This document shows positions 1 through 8,823 of a stretch of DNA of 32,000 bases, piece by piece. This stretch comes from Candidatus Anammoxibacter sp. (GTDB lineage Bacteria; Planctomycetota; Brocadiia; Brocadiales; Anammoxibacteraceae). The stretch covers positions 863 through 32,862 of the forward strand of contig JAIQZQ010000122.1 of NCBI GenBank assembly GCA_021777105.1, read 5' to 3'. Position 1 is the stretch's first letter, and each line of letters begins with the position of its first letter. Both the position numbers and the translations under genes were made by a program. The notes under the pieces are model-generated. The model saw nothing but the letters and a program-made list of their open reading frames with translations, was not told where the DNA came from and did no database searches.

Positions 1-1
1 A

Positions 2-703
2 AATAAACCAATTTATATATTTATTGAAAAAAATGTCCTTGCTGAATTAAAAACATTTGAGAAAAACAGAGACAACGAACATATAAAATACGCCTCAGTT
101 GATGACAAAAGAATTTATCAATTTATAGAGGAGGTTCAATCCCTTCCCGTTGGTAATCCGATAGCTCCGTTTGAAACGGCTAGTGATATTACAATATATT
201 TAAAAGAGCAGTGGGCGGGACTGTTTCAGAGGCTTTTGCAAGAATCGTCAAGGCAAATGGAAGTGAGATTAATAGAAGACATGAAAGAGATGATAACAAC
301 GCTTAAACAGATGGTGACATTTCTTAGCTCTGAAAAAAGAAAAGGAGACCATACTGTTTTAGATATTCTTTTAAGCAATCATCCAATTTTCAAACAAATT
401 AAAACATCACTATCAATTCCATACCGTGTGTTTTTTACCAACCTAGAAGAATTTTGTTCATGGATACAACAAAGAAGTTTTACGCAAGAAGACCATGAAC
501 CAATGGACGATGACGACCTTTTTTACATATGGAATAACACCCACAATGACATAATAACGACTATCAAGATTTCAAAATCTGTTTTTGAAGAAAATGGGAA
601 ACTTAAAATATTTACGCCTGAAGAGTGGAATGAAACACTGGTTGAGATCTTTAAAGAAGAACAAGAAACAGAACCGCTTTATATAGATGATGCGCCATTT
701 TAA
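2..703 (+). CDS. hypothetical protein, 5'-truncated by the window edge (C-terminal 233 aa)
   Basis: Frame 2 is open from nt 2 (NKPIYIFIEKNVLAELKTFEKNRDNEHIKYASVDDKRIYQFIEEVQSLPVGNPIAPFETASDITIYLKEQWAGLFQRLL...). It runs straight into the tracked 236..703 ORF, whose listed start is only an internal TTG. Stop TAA at 701-703. No family recognised by eye. Confidence 0.5.
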   Translation, partial: NKPIYIFIEKNVLAELKTFEKNRDNEHIKYASVDDKRIYQFIEEVQSLPVGNPIAPFETASDITIYLKEQWAGLFQRLLQESSRQMEVRLIEDMKEMITTLKQMVTFLSSEKRKGDHTVLDILLSNHPIFKQIKTSLSIPYRVFFTNLEEFCSWIQQRSFTQEDHEPMDDDDLFYIWNNTHNDIITTIKISKSVFEENGKLKIFTPEEWNETLVEIFKEEQETEPLYIDDAPF

Positions 704-751
704 ATATAATATAATTAACAGATGATAACAGTGGCAAGCCCAGGGCAACAT

Positions 752-773
752 CTTAACAGGCTGTCCGAGAATA
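752..773 (+). repeat. copy 1 of a 22-nt exact repeat, CTTAACAGGCTGTCCGAGAATA (extended similarity from about 733)
   Basis: An identical 22-mer occurs at 13789-13810 in the same orientation. The upstream ~20 nt are about 70% similar (GGCAAGCCCAGGGCAACAT vs GGCAAAACCCATGGACAGGC). Confidence 0.8.
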
Positions 774-1258
774 GGTATTTTGACCAATCCCCAAGTCATA
801 AGTCCTTTAATATCAACAAATAACTTTTATGATTTTACATTCTTAGAGAACATGTTAATTATTAAGTTTTAAGTTTATTATTACATATTTTATTAATCTT
901 TAAACACCAATACTTAATAATTAAGGCCTGCCCCCATGACCCCTCTCATGCTTGAAATGTTTTATTTTTAACAAACTAGACGCAGGCCATTTTTTCAGGT
1001 TTTAATTTGTTTGCCCTGTGCGTATTTAGCAAATTTAATCATAAATTATTATGCTTATGTTTGCTATACATGCGCGCATAACGATGAAAAGCCTTTTTTT
1101 ACGTTTCTTTATTTTTATTAAAAAGCGCGCAATATTTTTTAATATCACTATTTTAAGCTCTAAAAGTATAATATAACTTATAAAAAGTTAACGAGACAAG
1201 AGAAGGTAATGTTAAAAATACACAAAAATATTATTTTTGATAATAAACAGAAAACCTC

Positions 1259-1462
1259 TTGCCGTTCAAAATCCATATGAACGAGCTCTACTATCTGGAA
1301 GAAATTATAGAAAATTATGGATTAGCGGAATTGGTAGATGAAGCGCAAGATGATGAAAGGCAGTCGCTGGAGGAGGCTAAGGAATATTATCAATTAAAAA
1401 AAACAATGTGGAAAATTAATTATACTAAAGAGTATTTAATATATTCAAACGTAAATCTTTAA
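1259..1462 (+). pseudogene. decayed RelE/ParE-type TA remnant (antitoxin C-terminus fused in frame to the first ~19 codons of a toxin)
   Basis: MNELYYLEEIIENYGLAELVDEAQDDERQSLEEAKEYYQLKK looks like the acidic C-terminal half of a small antitoxin. After an A8 run (1396-1403), the ATG at 1406 opens MWKINYTKEYL, which matches the usual RelE/ParE N-terminus (M-x-K-I-x-[FY]-T-K). A stop follows after 19 codons. No intact toxin body follows. Confidence 0.35.
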
Positions 1463-1523
1463 CGTGCCGGCGCGCAACTCCTGATTGCGTCGTTAAGGCA
1501 AAAACAGTCAGAAAGGAGGAAAT

Positions 1524-1748
1524 ATGAATATTGATCTAACTGCGGTATTTGAAAAGTCGCCTTTTGGATACATTGGTTATGTAGAAGAACTTCCAGGCGC
1601 TAATACGCAGGGTGAAACTTTAGAAGAAGCAAAATCAAATCTTATGGAAGCAGTACAGTTAGCGCTTGAATCTAATCGTCAATTAGCAGAAGAAGAAAAT
1701 TTCGGAAAAGAAATAATTAAAGAACAATTTGGCGTAGTTACGGCATAA
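1524..1748 (+). CDS. hicB: HicB-family antitoxin (UPF0150 / RNase H-like fold)
   Basis: FEKSPFGYIGYVEELPGANTQGETLEEAKSNLMEAVQLALE is the typical HicB N-domain signature. Strong SD AAGGAGG lies 5 nt upstream of the ATG. A hicA reading frame follows directly. Confidence 0.85.
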   Translation: MNIDLTAVFEKSPFGYIGYVEELPGANTQGETLEEAKSNLMEAVQLALESNRQLAEEENFGKEIIKEQFGVVTA

Positions 1749-1930
1749 AACGAAAAGATTTAATCAGACATCTGGAAAAGCATGGATGCCTATTCCTTCG
1801 GGAAGGCTCAAATCACGCGATATATGTAAATAGTGTTAAAAATGAAGTGTCTTCTGTCCCCCGCCATCGTGAAATAGATGAAAATCTTTCAAAGAAAATA
1901 TGCAAAGATTTAGGTATACCAAGGCCATAA
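1745..1930 (+). pseudogene. hicA: HicA-family mRNA-interferase toxin, full-length frame but no ATG/GTG/TTG start (ATA at the Met position)
   Basis: Frame 2 reads IKRKDLIRHLEKHGCLFLREGSNHAIYVNSVKNEVSSVPRHREIDENLSKKICKDLGIPRP*. It matches HicA over its whole length and keeps the GSNH catalytic-His motif and PRH. An in-frame stop lies at 1718-1720, and no canonical start exists between it and the conserved KRKDL. ATA (1745-1747) overlaps the hicB stop TAA (1746-1748). The gene is absent from the ORF track for this reason. Confidence 0.7.
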
Positions 1931-2602
1931 TAGGCTCTATGCAGTGGTAGGCACAGAAGCAAGTTTACACAATTTTTAAAATCTCTTTAAATTCTAATTT
2001 CTAACAAGCCCAATGCAGGTGACGGCTATTGGCTCCACGATTTTAAATGCTTTCTCGGACTGCTATCTTCCGCAACCGTGCGTGACGATGCTTACGGCGG
2101 TCATCAGCACAAGATTGTCGCCGAATGGCAAATCGATGCCCCGCTTGAGCCGGCAACCAACGAAATGGGTCTAGGCCTCGACAGACTCAATCAGATCAGT
2201 CGAAATTTTCGAATTGTGAGCAATGCGAATAGGCTTTTCAACGCAACATTATTTGGGGCGATTCCTAACCAGGGTATAGAAGTTTCGTTTGTCTCTTCGA
2301 TAGAATAGCTATGAGGGCACATCTGAGGCGCCGCGGAGAAGGCTATGGCCTAACAAGAAAATTTGATCCCACCAGAGGGCAACAGTTAAACGGCCTATTG
2401 CATCCCTTGTATTACCGCTAAATTTAGGGATATTCGAGCAATTCATATTAACTTAAATACAGTCAAGCTCTTTTATTGTTGAATTGTCAATGTTTCAGTC
2501 TAAAACCAGCTTAACTGTTACTAAAGATTTAGAGCCTTAAGTTTTATAGACGATATATTAAAATTTAGACAGGGATCACAACATTTTCATGCCGCTTTGT
2601 CT

Positions 2603-3598
2603 TTAGATTTGCTGAAAAAAATCCAGGGCAAACGAACAAACCGCTTTAACGCAGTTTGTTTTAACTGTCTCGTTAGTTTTATGATAATTTATAATAGGGA
2701 ACTGTATTGTGGCCCCATTAAATTTATAATTTGATTCATTGGCAAGCCTTCCCACTTCTGTAACATCTACTATTAATTTAGGATTCTTAGCTTTTACATA
2801 ATAACGGAACTTATTTTTATCAGCAAAATTTATAAGTTTATTAGCCAGACCAACATCAAAGTCCGCCAAGTCGTCTGAACGTCTTAATACTATATCAGTT
2901 GTGTTGAAATCAGCGATTCCTTCAATATTGATGGTGTCAATAGTCACAACTGATTTTAATTGACGTTCTTCAAGGAAATCATGTATAAATTTCCAGCTTT
3001 TACCTATCTCTTCCTGTGTTGTTAATAAAATTGTATGCCTTATATTATTTTTTAACAGCGCGTATATTAAAGCGATGCTTAAAGCATTGTCTAATTGGCC
3101 TTTTAATTCATCTTTTTCCTCAATAAATTTGTTTGAATAGCCTATAGGCTGAAGCGCCGGCATGTCATCATTTTGGAAGCCGTTAACATCAAAAACAAGT
3201 TCACCGTTTTCCGGGCTAATTGAACAGCCCTTAACTTTTCCATGTTTCAATGTTTTTCCCGTCGCATTATCATAAGCAAAAACATTTTGGTTAATAAATC
3301 TATTGCCAACCAAAAGGCTTGGTTTATAATCAACTCCATAGAATTTATATCCATAGTAATTGGAATAGAGAATCTCTCTGCTCGCGCTCACCAACCCTAA
3401 CCTGTCCATGTGAGCTGAAATAACCATATTGCCTGCATTCTTTTTTGGAATAAAAGCTAAATAATCTTTGTGAGAAACTGTGTCATAATTTTCAAAACTA
3501 AATTCATTTAGCAATAAATTATAAAACGGTTTCTCAAAGAGAGTGACAGAAGGAGTTTCCAGAAAATGATAAAGTTTTTTTATTAACAGATTATGCAT
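2603..3598 (-). CDS. M42-family-like metallopeptidase (FrvX / glutamyl-aminopeptidase-like)
   Basis: The co-catalytic metal-ligand pattern of M42/M20-type enzymes is readable in order: ISAHMDRLG, GQLDNALS, TTQEEIG, VVTIDTI, INYHKTNE. The gene is very AT-rich and isolated between TA modules. Confidence 0.55.
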   Translation of the reverse strand: MHNLLIKKLYHFLETPSVTLFEKPFYNLLLNEFSFENYDTVSHKDYLAFIPKKNAGNMVISAHMDRLGLVSASREILYSNYYGYKFYGVDYKPSLLVGNRFINQNVFAYDNATGKTLKHGKVKGCSISPENGELVFDVNGFQNDDMPALQPIGYSNKFIEEKDELKGQLDNALSIALIYALLKNNIRHTILLTTQEEIGKSWKFIHDFLEERQLKSVVTIDTINIEGIADFNTTDIVLRRSDDLADFDVGLANKLINFADKNKFRYYVKAKNPKLIVDVTEVGRLANESNYKFNGATIQFPIINYHKTNETVKTNCVKAVCSFALDFFQQI

Positions 3599-3841
3599 TA
3601 AACGCTGTGTTCCCTATTTGTTTTAAAATTAATGCGCCCTGAAAACAGCCTGGACTTAAAAAATAAGCCTCTTTAGGTAAATTTCACTTATGTAAATTGA
3701 TATTACTAAATTATAACTACTGTTGCAATTTAGTCAACATTGTGAATAATAACAATCAGGGGCGACCATTTGATGTAAAAACAATTGCATTTTCCTGGAA
3801 AACGGGTTACGTTTTCATAAAAAGACGAGGAGTACGGAAAA

Positions 3842-4108
3842 ATGGCAAATTTACAAATTAAAGGTATTGAAGATGAATTTTATTCTCAAATAAAAAAGTT
3901 AGCGGCTTCTGAAAACAGATCTATTAGTCAACAAGTTCTTTATATAATGAAAGAATATTTGGCAAAAAAAAAATCAATAAAAAAGATAAAAGCTCCTGCC
4001 CAAATATTGCTTGAGCTATCCGGGTCATGGATTGATGCCGGAAACGCTGATGATATTATAAATAATATTAAAAAAAATCGAATTAATTTTAAGAAATTGA
4101 TTTTCTAA
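3842..4108 (+). CDS. ribbon-helix-helix antitoxin (VapB/FitA-like), no cognate toxin adjacent
   Basis: The N-terminus MANLQIKGIEDEFYSQIKKLAASENRSISQQVLYIMKEYL shows the RHH beta-strand plus two-helix pattern. The C-terminus ELSGSWIDAGNADDIINNIKKNR resembles the toxin-binding tail of VapB-type antitoxins. SD GAGGAG is upstream. A terminator follows, not a PIN gene. Confidence 0.7.
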   Translation: MANLQIKGIEDEFYSQIKKLAASENRSISQQVLYIMKEYLAKKKSIKKIKAPAQILLELSGSWIDAGNADDIINNIKKNRINFKKLIF

Positions 4109-4121
4109 CCAGCAAATGAAT

Positions 4122-4151
4122 GGGGCGGCAAAAAACGCTGCCCGTTTTTTT
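4122..4151 (+). terminator. rho-independent terminator after the RHH gene
   Basis: GGGCGGC (4123-4129) pairs with GCTGCCC (4137-4143), including one G-U pair. The loop is 7 nt and a T7 run follows at 4145-4151. Confidence 0.7.
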
Positions 4152-4177
4152 CGTTAATAATTGAGAGGACATAACTT

Positions 4178-4438
4178 ATGCCGGAAGTATCAAGATTTTT
4201 TGGTATAATCATTAGAATGTTTTATGACGAACATAATCCTCCACATTTCCATGCTGAATATTCTGGAAAGAAAGCGGTGTTTGATTTTCAAGGCAATATA
4301 ATCAAAGGAAATCTTTCATCAAGAACTGCAACAAAACTCATACGTGAATGGATTGACCTTCACGTATCTGAACTTGAAGAAGATTGGGAGTTGGCACGAG
4401 AGAGTCAGGAAATAAAGAAAATTGAACCATTGACATAA
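4178..4438 (+). CDS. DUF4160 domain protein
   Basis: [36 protein letters not shown] is the hallmark DUF4160 N-terminus (FFGI-I-MY-xx-H-PPHFH). Confidence 0.85.
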   Translation: MPEVSRFFGIIIRMFYDEHNPPHFHAEYSGKKAVFDFQGNIIKGNLSSRTATKLIREWIDLHVSELEEDWELARESQEIKKIEPLT

Positions 4439-4449
4439 GGAGTTTAATT

Positions 4450-4692
4450 ATGTGGAACATGAATGATGTAACAGAAATAAATTATAGAAATAGCTATATT
4501 TACAAGATTACATTTGACAACGGAGTATCTGGTGATGTTGATTTTTCAGAGTATATTAACAGAGGCCCCATATTTGCGCCGTTAAGAAACAAAGATTTTT
4601 TCAAAAAAGCGATTATAGATGGCGGGACTATATCTTGGCCAAATGGCGCGGATGTTGCCCCTGAAACGCTATATGAAAAAATAAACAGCTAA
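4450..4692 (+). CDS. DUF2442 domain protein (usual partner of DUF4160)
   Basis: The sequence reads Y...ITFDNG..G.VDFS.Y...[36 protein letters not shown], the typical DUF2442 pattern. The start is 11 nt after the DUF4160 stop, with SD AAGGAG. Confidence 0.85.
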   Translation: MWNMNDVTEINYRNSYIYKITFDNGVSGDVDFSEYINRGPIFAPLRNKDFFKKAIIDGGTISWPNGADVAPETLYEKINS

Positions 4693-5126
4693 CAAAAATA
4701 TTCGAGTATCGAACCTTGTAGAAAAAATCATGAGATCGGCCTCTACACATCCTAACAGAATTAGAATTTGATAATAGAGGCAAAGCCCACGGTTAGCGAA
4801 GCGCCACTTTGAGAAAATAAAAAAAAACACCCTGTAATGGTTACATAAACATCTATTGCCCTCTTTTATCGCAGATTAACCCCATAAATACTACACATCA
4901 AATTCAATTCTCTGGTTTCTTAAATAACCACGAAATTCTTCATCGAATGTAGTTTTCTGATGCGCATGTCCTGATTAATGATGTAATTACAAACGCTTTG
5001 TATTTTGTCAAAACTCAATGATTAAAGAATGGGGTTAAAAGAAGATAAGGATTATTCAAATTCATGAAGTTTCCTGCATAAAATATACCGGATTTAACAT
5101 TATTTTTAAAGACGCCGACAAAACAA

Positions 5127-5155
5127 TTGACTAACGTCGGATTCTACATTAATAT
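5127..5155 (+). promoter_or_regulatory. sigma70-type promoter candidate for the carbamoyltransferase operon
   Basis: TTGACT (5127-5132), an exactly 17-nt spacer, then TAATAT (5150-5155). It sits about 105 nt upstream of the ATG at 5260. Confidence 0.45.
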
Positions 5156-5259
5156 TTACATCTGTTTTTCTCATTATTTAAAAAATATCGTTGAGATAAT
5201 GATAATAACACGCGCCGCTAACAATAAACTTTTAAACTATAACAGCTCGTAATAAAAAA

Positions 5260-7038
5260 ATGAAAACTAATCAATTGTCAAAAATCAGGGCAAAACATAT
5301 TATTGGGATAGCCTGCACCGGGCATGGGGCCAGCATAGCTTACATCGGGCCGGGCAATGTTGTCCGTTGCTCCGTGCTTGACCGGTGGGCGGGTGTAAAG
5401 CATGTGTTAATGTTTGCAAAAGATGAGTTGCGCGACATTATGGCCGCCAAGACCGAAATTGACGCAGGTATTAAAGGCATACTCTCATATTCATTTGGGC
5501 GTTTTCCGGCAAGCGCGGTTTTTGAAGATATGTTTGCGGATTGGCTGAGTTGGCTTTTAAAAGATTTAGCCGTCTCTGCGCAAGATATAGATCTTGTGGT
5601 CACGAGCGACAGCCATTTTGCCACATGCGAGCCAAGGCTTGGGCTCCGTTTAAACCAATGGTTTCCTTCGGCTCAAATTGTGGGCACGGTTGAACACCAC
5701 GTTATTCACCAATGCCAGGGGTTTTGGCAAAGCGGTTTTGAAGAGGCGGCGGTTTTAACGTTAGACACCTGCGGCGAAGACCTTGAGCGGCATAAGGGCG
5801 ATAAAATATCCGGAACCATAGTCGTAATGAACCGCAAAGGCAAGGCGGAAGTAGTCAAGGAGTTCCTGTTTCCTGAATCAAGCGCGGGATTAATATACGC
5901 TATAACAAATCACCACATAGGTTTCAGGCAGGGCGAAGAGGGCAAAACAATGGGGCTTGCGCCTTACGGCAAAAGCGAACTCTTTGATGAATTACGCAAA
6001 CATCTTGAACTGCGCGATGACGGAAGTTTTAAGTTTCTAGATTACAAAGATTATGAAGCTGCGCTGCATAAGTATGTTGAAATCAGGCAACACAGTAAAT
6101 CAGCGGAATTGCTTGATAAACATAAAAATGTAGCTTACGCCGGCCAGGCCCTTATTGAGCTTATTGTTGAAAATACGTTCAAAGCTGCAATGAAGCTTAC
6201 AGGTTTAAAAAACATAGCCTACTCCGGAGGCGTTGCGCTTAACAGCGTGGCCAATGATATCGCCTTTCGCAAGACCAAACCGGAAAATCTGTACGTTGCG
6301 CCTAATCCGGGCGATACGGGGCAGGCATTGGGTTGCGCTCTGTATGGGGCTTATAATTTGATTGAAAATCCTCCGACAATGGGCGAAATACCGGAATACC
6401 TCGGCCCGGAGTATTCACAATCTGAAATTGAAAAGGCCGCTAAATCAACCGATTTTAACGTTGCGCATCCTGAAAACCCGGAGAAAATTATGGCCGCTTG
6501 TATAGCAAACGGTTATATAACAGCCAGATTTGCCGGTGGAGCCGAGTTTGGGCCCAGGGCGCTTGGCAACAGGAGCATTTTGTGCGATCCGCGCAGGGAA
6601 GATATGAAGGATTATTTAAACGCGCGCGTTAAACATAGGGAACATTTCAGGCCGTTTGCGCCTTCCGTGCTTTATGAACAAACGTCTGAATGGTTTGAGC
6701 TTTCAGGGCGAAGCTCATACATGTTACGCGTTGCCCCGGCGCGAATTGAAGTTAAGGACAAAGTTCCGGCTATTGTGCATGTTGACGGGACGGCAAGGGT
6801 GCAGACATTGGAATATGATGAAAACCCTGGATACTATAGAATAATTGAGGAGTTTTATAAACTAACCGGAACGCCCATGCTTCTTGACACTTCGTTTAAT
6901 ATTGCCGGCAAGCCTATAGTGGAAACACCGGCTGACGCCGTCGAGTGTTTCAAAGCAACTGAGATAGACCTGCTTCTGCTCGACACATGGATACTTTCAA
7001 AAAAACCTTTAGAGCATTATCTGGAGAATTCAAGATGA
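5260..7038 (+). CDS. carbamoyltransferase, NodU/CmcH/TobZ family
   Basis: Family signatures run along the whole length: GGVALNSVAN, GPRALGNRSILCDPR, MKDYLNARVKHREHFRPFAPSV, HVDGTARVQT, LLDTSFNIAGKPIVETPADAVECF. Confidence 0.9.
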   Translation: MKTNQLSKIRAKHIIGIACTGHGASIAYIGPGNVVRCSVLDRWAGVKHVLMFAKDELRDIMAAKTEIDAGIKGILSYSFGRFPASAVFEDMFADWLSWLLKDLAVSAQDIDLVVTSDSHFATCEPRLGLRLNQWFPSAQIVGTVEHHVIHQCQGFWQSGFEEAAVLTLDTCGEDLERHKGDKISGTIVVMNRKGKAEVVKEFLFPESSAGLIYAITNHHIGFRQGEEGKTMGLAPYGKSELFDELRKHLELRDDGSFKFLDYKDYEAALHKYVEIRQHSKSAELLDKHKNVAYAGQALIELIVENTFKAAMKLTGLKNIAYSGGVALNSVANDIAFRKTKPENLYVAPNPGDTGQALGCALYGAYNLIENPPTMGEIPEYLGPEYSQSEIEKAAKSTDFNVAHPENPEKIMAACIANGYITARFAGGAEFGPRALGNRSILCDPRREDMKDYLNARVKHREHFRPFAPSVLYEQTSEWFELSGRSSYMLRVAPARIEVKDKVPAIVHVDGTARVQTLEYDENPGYYRIIEEFYKLTGTPMLLDTSFNIAGKPIVETPADAVECFKATEIDLLLLDTWILSKKPLEHYLENSR

Positions 7039-8738
7039 CCACCGGAGATTTAAACAGTATTGACGCCAGCATAGACTCGCTTGGGAAAAGCGCTGAAGTA
7101 AAAAGGTTTCTATTGGCAACCCTTCTGGTTTCGCGTTTCCATTTAACTTCGCGTCCCATTAGCCAGGCTAACGACTCTTTTTTTCACAGGATTTCAAATC
7201 ATTGCGACAAGCTGCTTGAAACGCTCCGCAAACCAGGTTGGCCCGAGCTATTGCCTGAGATGGAGACCGGCCTGGAAGATATGCGGTTTGTGGCTGACTG
7301 GTCTAAGGACAAAGATGCGGCAAAAACAGCCGGCCATGTTTTTAAGAAAGATTTCTATAAATATTTCCGGGGGATAAATATCAACTGGTCGCATTTAACG
7401 CCGGTTGATGATCTGACTATAAACAGGTGGCAAAATCCAAAACATATATTGATTGCGTTCGGCCCAAATATCGGCATTGGAGATGAGCTTATATTTTTTA
7501 GAGTGGCGCGGCGGCTGGCAAAGCGTTATCCGGCAAGCAAATTGGAAGTGATCTCCTTTAGCCGCACGTTATGGGATAACTGCGATTTTATCTCAAAGGT
7601 TTCATATCCGGTTGAGAATCAATTGGCCCCTTTTTCAAGGGCAAAGGAGATATTAAATGACGACAATAACAATTTCGTCATATTTGCTGAATTTGCCACA
7701 GCGCCGCTTTATAGAAATCTTGAAGTTGTTCCCGGCATAAATCGATTTATCTATTTAGACACAGGGTCGCGAGTCGCCAGAATTATAGACAAGGAGAAGT
7801 CTGAAATATTTGAATACGGTTTACCGCTTGAAACCAGGATTTATGAAACTCTTTCCAGATTTCTTGATGTTATAGGCCTGAGCGGAGAGCATGACAACAG
7901 TGGATGGGAGCCGCCGATTCGCGGCAAGATTAATGCGCCCGCAAAAGAAAACAAAAAAATATTTATCAACCCTTTCTCTTCAAAAGATTACAAATTGTTG
8001 GGAACCGGCTGGTGGGTGGATATTCTCAAATATATAAACAATGTCAATCCGGTGGAAGTAGTTATCTTTGCCGGCATAAATGACCAAAGCCGCGGTTTTG
8101 CCGGGGAAATTGCCGACAAATTGAATGAAAAGGATTGCAGGGCATCTTTATACGGCAATGATAGCGTGCCGACTATACTTGACACTATTGAAACCGCGAT
8201 AGATACAGACCTTGTTCTGGGACTGGACACGTTTACGGGCCATGTCAACATCCTTCAGTCAACGCCGTGCATAAGCGTGTTTTTTGGATCAAGATGGTAT
8301 GGCTGGTATGTGCCGGACACTAATGTGTTCAACGTAAGCATTCACGACGACGCGGAACATATAGGCAAATTAGCTAAACGTCTTTTATGGCCGGCCGGGC
8401 CGGAAATAACGGATATAGCGCGCCCGTTCTTCAATAATGCAACCCAGGCTATTTCACAAATACGAAAGGGAGACATCCCTGTTAATTTAATAGATACCTT
8501 TAGGATGGGACAAAATGTCGCAAAAAAACTCGAAGAGTTTGACAGCGACTTTTCAGAACTGTTCTCCGGCAGTCTGCAATATTACGCCCAATCCCTGGAA
8601 CAGGTTTTAAACCGCAATACGCCTTCGCCTCCGGACAACAAACAATTTACCATTTTTCTGGAAAAAGTAATAAAGGAGCTGGAAGAGTCAAATTTTTATA
8701 GCTACATCGGTTATATTGTGAAGAGAGCCGCCATGTAA
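7035..8738 (+). CDS. GT9-like (heptosyltransferase-fold) glycosyltransferase with N- and C-terminal extensions
   Basis: ILIAFGPNIGIGDELIFFRVARRLAKRYPASKLEVISF resembles the GT9 N-domain. KKIFINPFSSKDYKLLG...VVIFAG...LVLGLDTFTGHVNILQSTPCISVFFG resembles the GT9 C-domain (INPGAS..K.W...D[ST]G..HLA...P.V.LFG). I prefer the ATG at 7035 because it overlaps the upstream stop as ATGA and has GGAGAA at 7024-7029. The tracked start at 6987 would overlap the upstream gene by 52 nt. Confidence 0.55.
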   Translation: MTTGDLNSIDASIDSLGKSAEVKRFLLATLLVSRFHLTSRPISQANDSFFHRISNHCDKLLETLRKPGWPELLPEMETGLEDMRFVADWSKDKDAAKTAGHVFKKDFYKYFRGININWSHLTPVDDLTINRWQNPKHILIAFGPNIGIGDELIFFRVARRLAKRYPASKLEVISFSRTLWDNCDFISKVSYPVENQLAPFSRAKEILNDDNNNFVIFAEFATAPLYRNLEVVPGINRFIYLDTGSRVARIIDKEKSEIFEYGLPLETRIYETLSRFLDVIGLSGEHDNSGWEPPIRGKINAPAKENKKIFINPFSSKDYKLLGTGWWVDILKYINNVNPVEVVIFAGINDQSRGFAGEIADKLNEKDCRASLYGNDSVPTILDTIETAIDTDLVLGLDTFTGHVNILQSTPCISVFFGSRWYGWYVPDTNVFNVSIHDDAEHIGKLAKRLLWPAGPEITDIARPFFNNATQAISQIRKGDIPVNLIDTFRMGQNVAKKLEEFDSDFSELFSGSLQYYAQSLEQVLNRNTPSPPDNKQFTIFLEKVIKELEESNFYSYIGYIVKRAAM

Positions 8739-8823
8739 TTGTAAATCCGTAAACACTAAATTTCAAAAAGGAACCACAGGCACGCTGATTTCTCAGATTT
8801 TCTAATCCGTTTGATTTTAACTT

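Noticed and set aside
733-748. Sigma54-like TGGCA-N6-GGGCA spacing (GG and GC 12 nt apart) just upstream of repeat copy 1.
   Set aside because: The equivalent positions in repeat copy 2 (about 13767-13785) do not keep the GG/GC spacing. No downstream gene is suitably placed. It is most likely coincidence.
572-799. 75-aa minus-strand ORF overlapping the end of the first gene.
   Set aside because: It overlaps the better-supported plus-strand ORF, and its AT-rich Phe/Lys/Ile-biased translation is typical of a spurious frame.
2078-2308. 76-aa ORF in the GC-richer gap.
   Set aside because: It has no SD and no recognisable motifs, and the surrounding frames are all broken. I kept the region only as an unexplained-region finding.
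700-4700. Integron-style cassette array (small promoterless TA cassettes separated by attC-like sites).
   Set aside because: No integron integrase is present. The gene orientations are mixed. The shared 22-nt repeat is not an imperfect palindrome with RYYYAAC/GTTRRRY cores.
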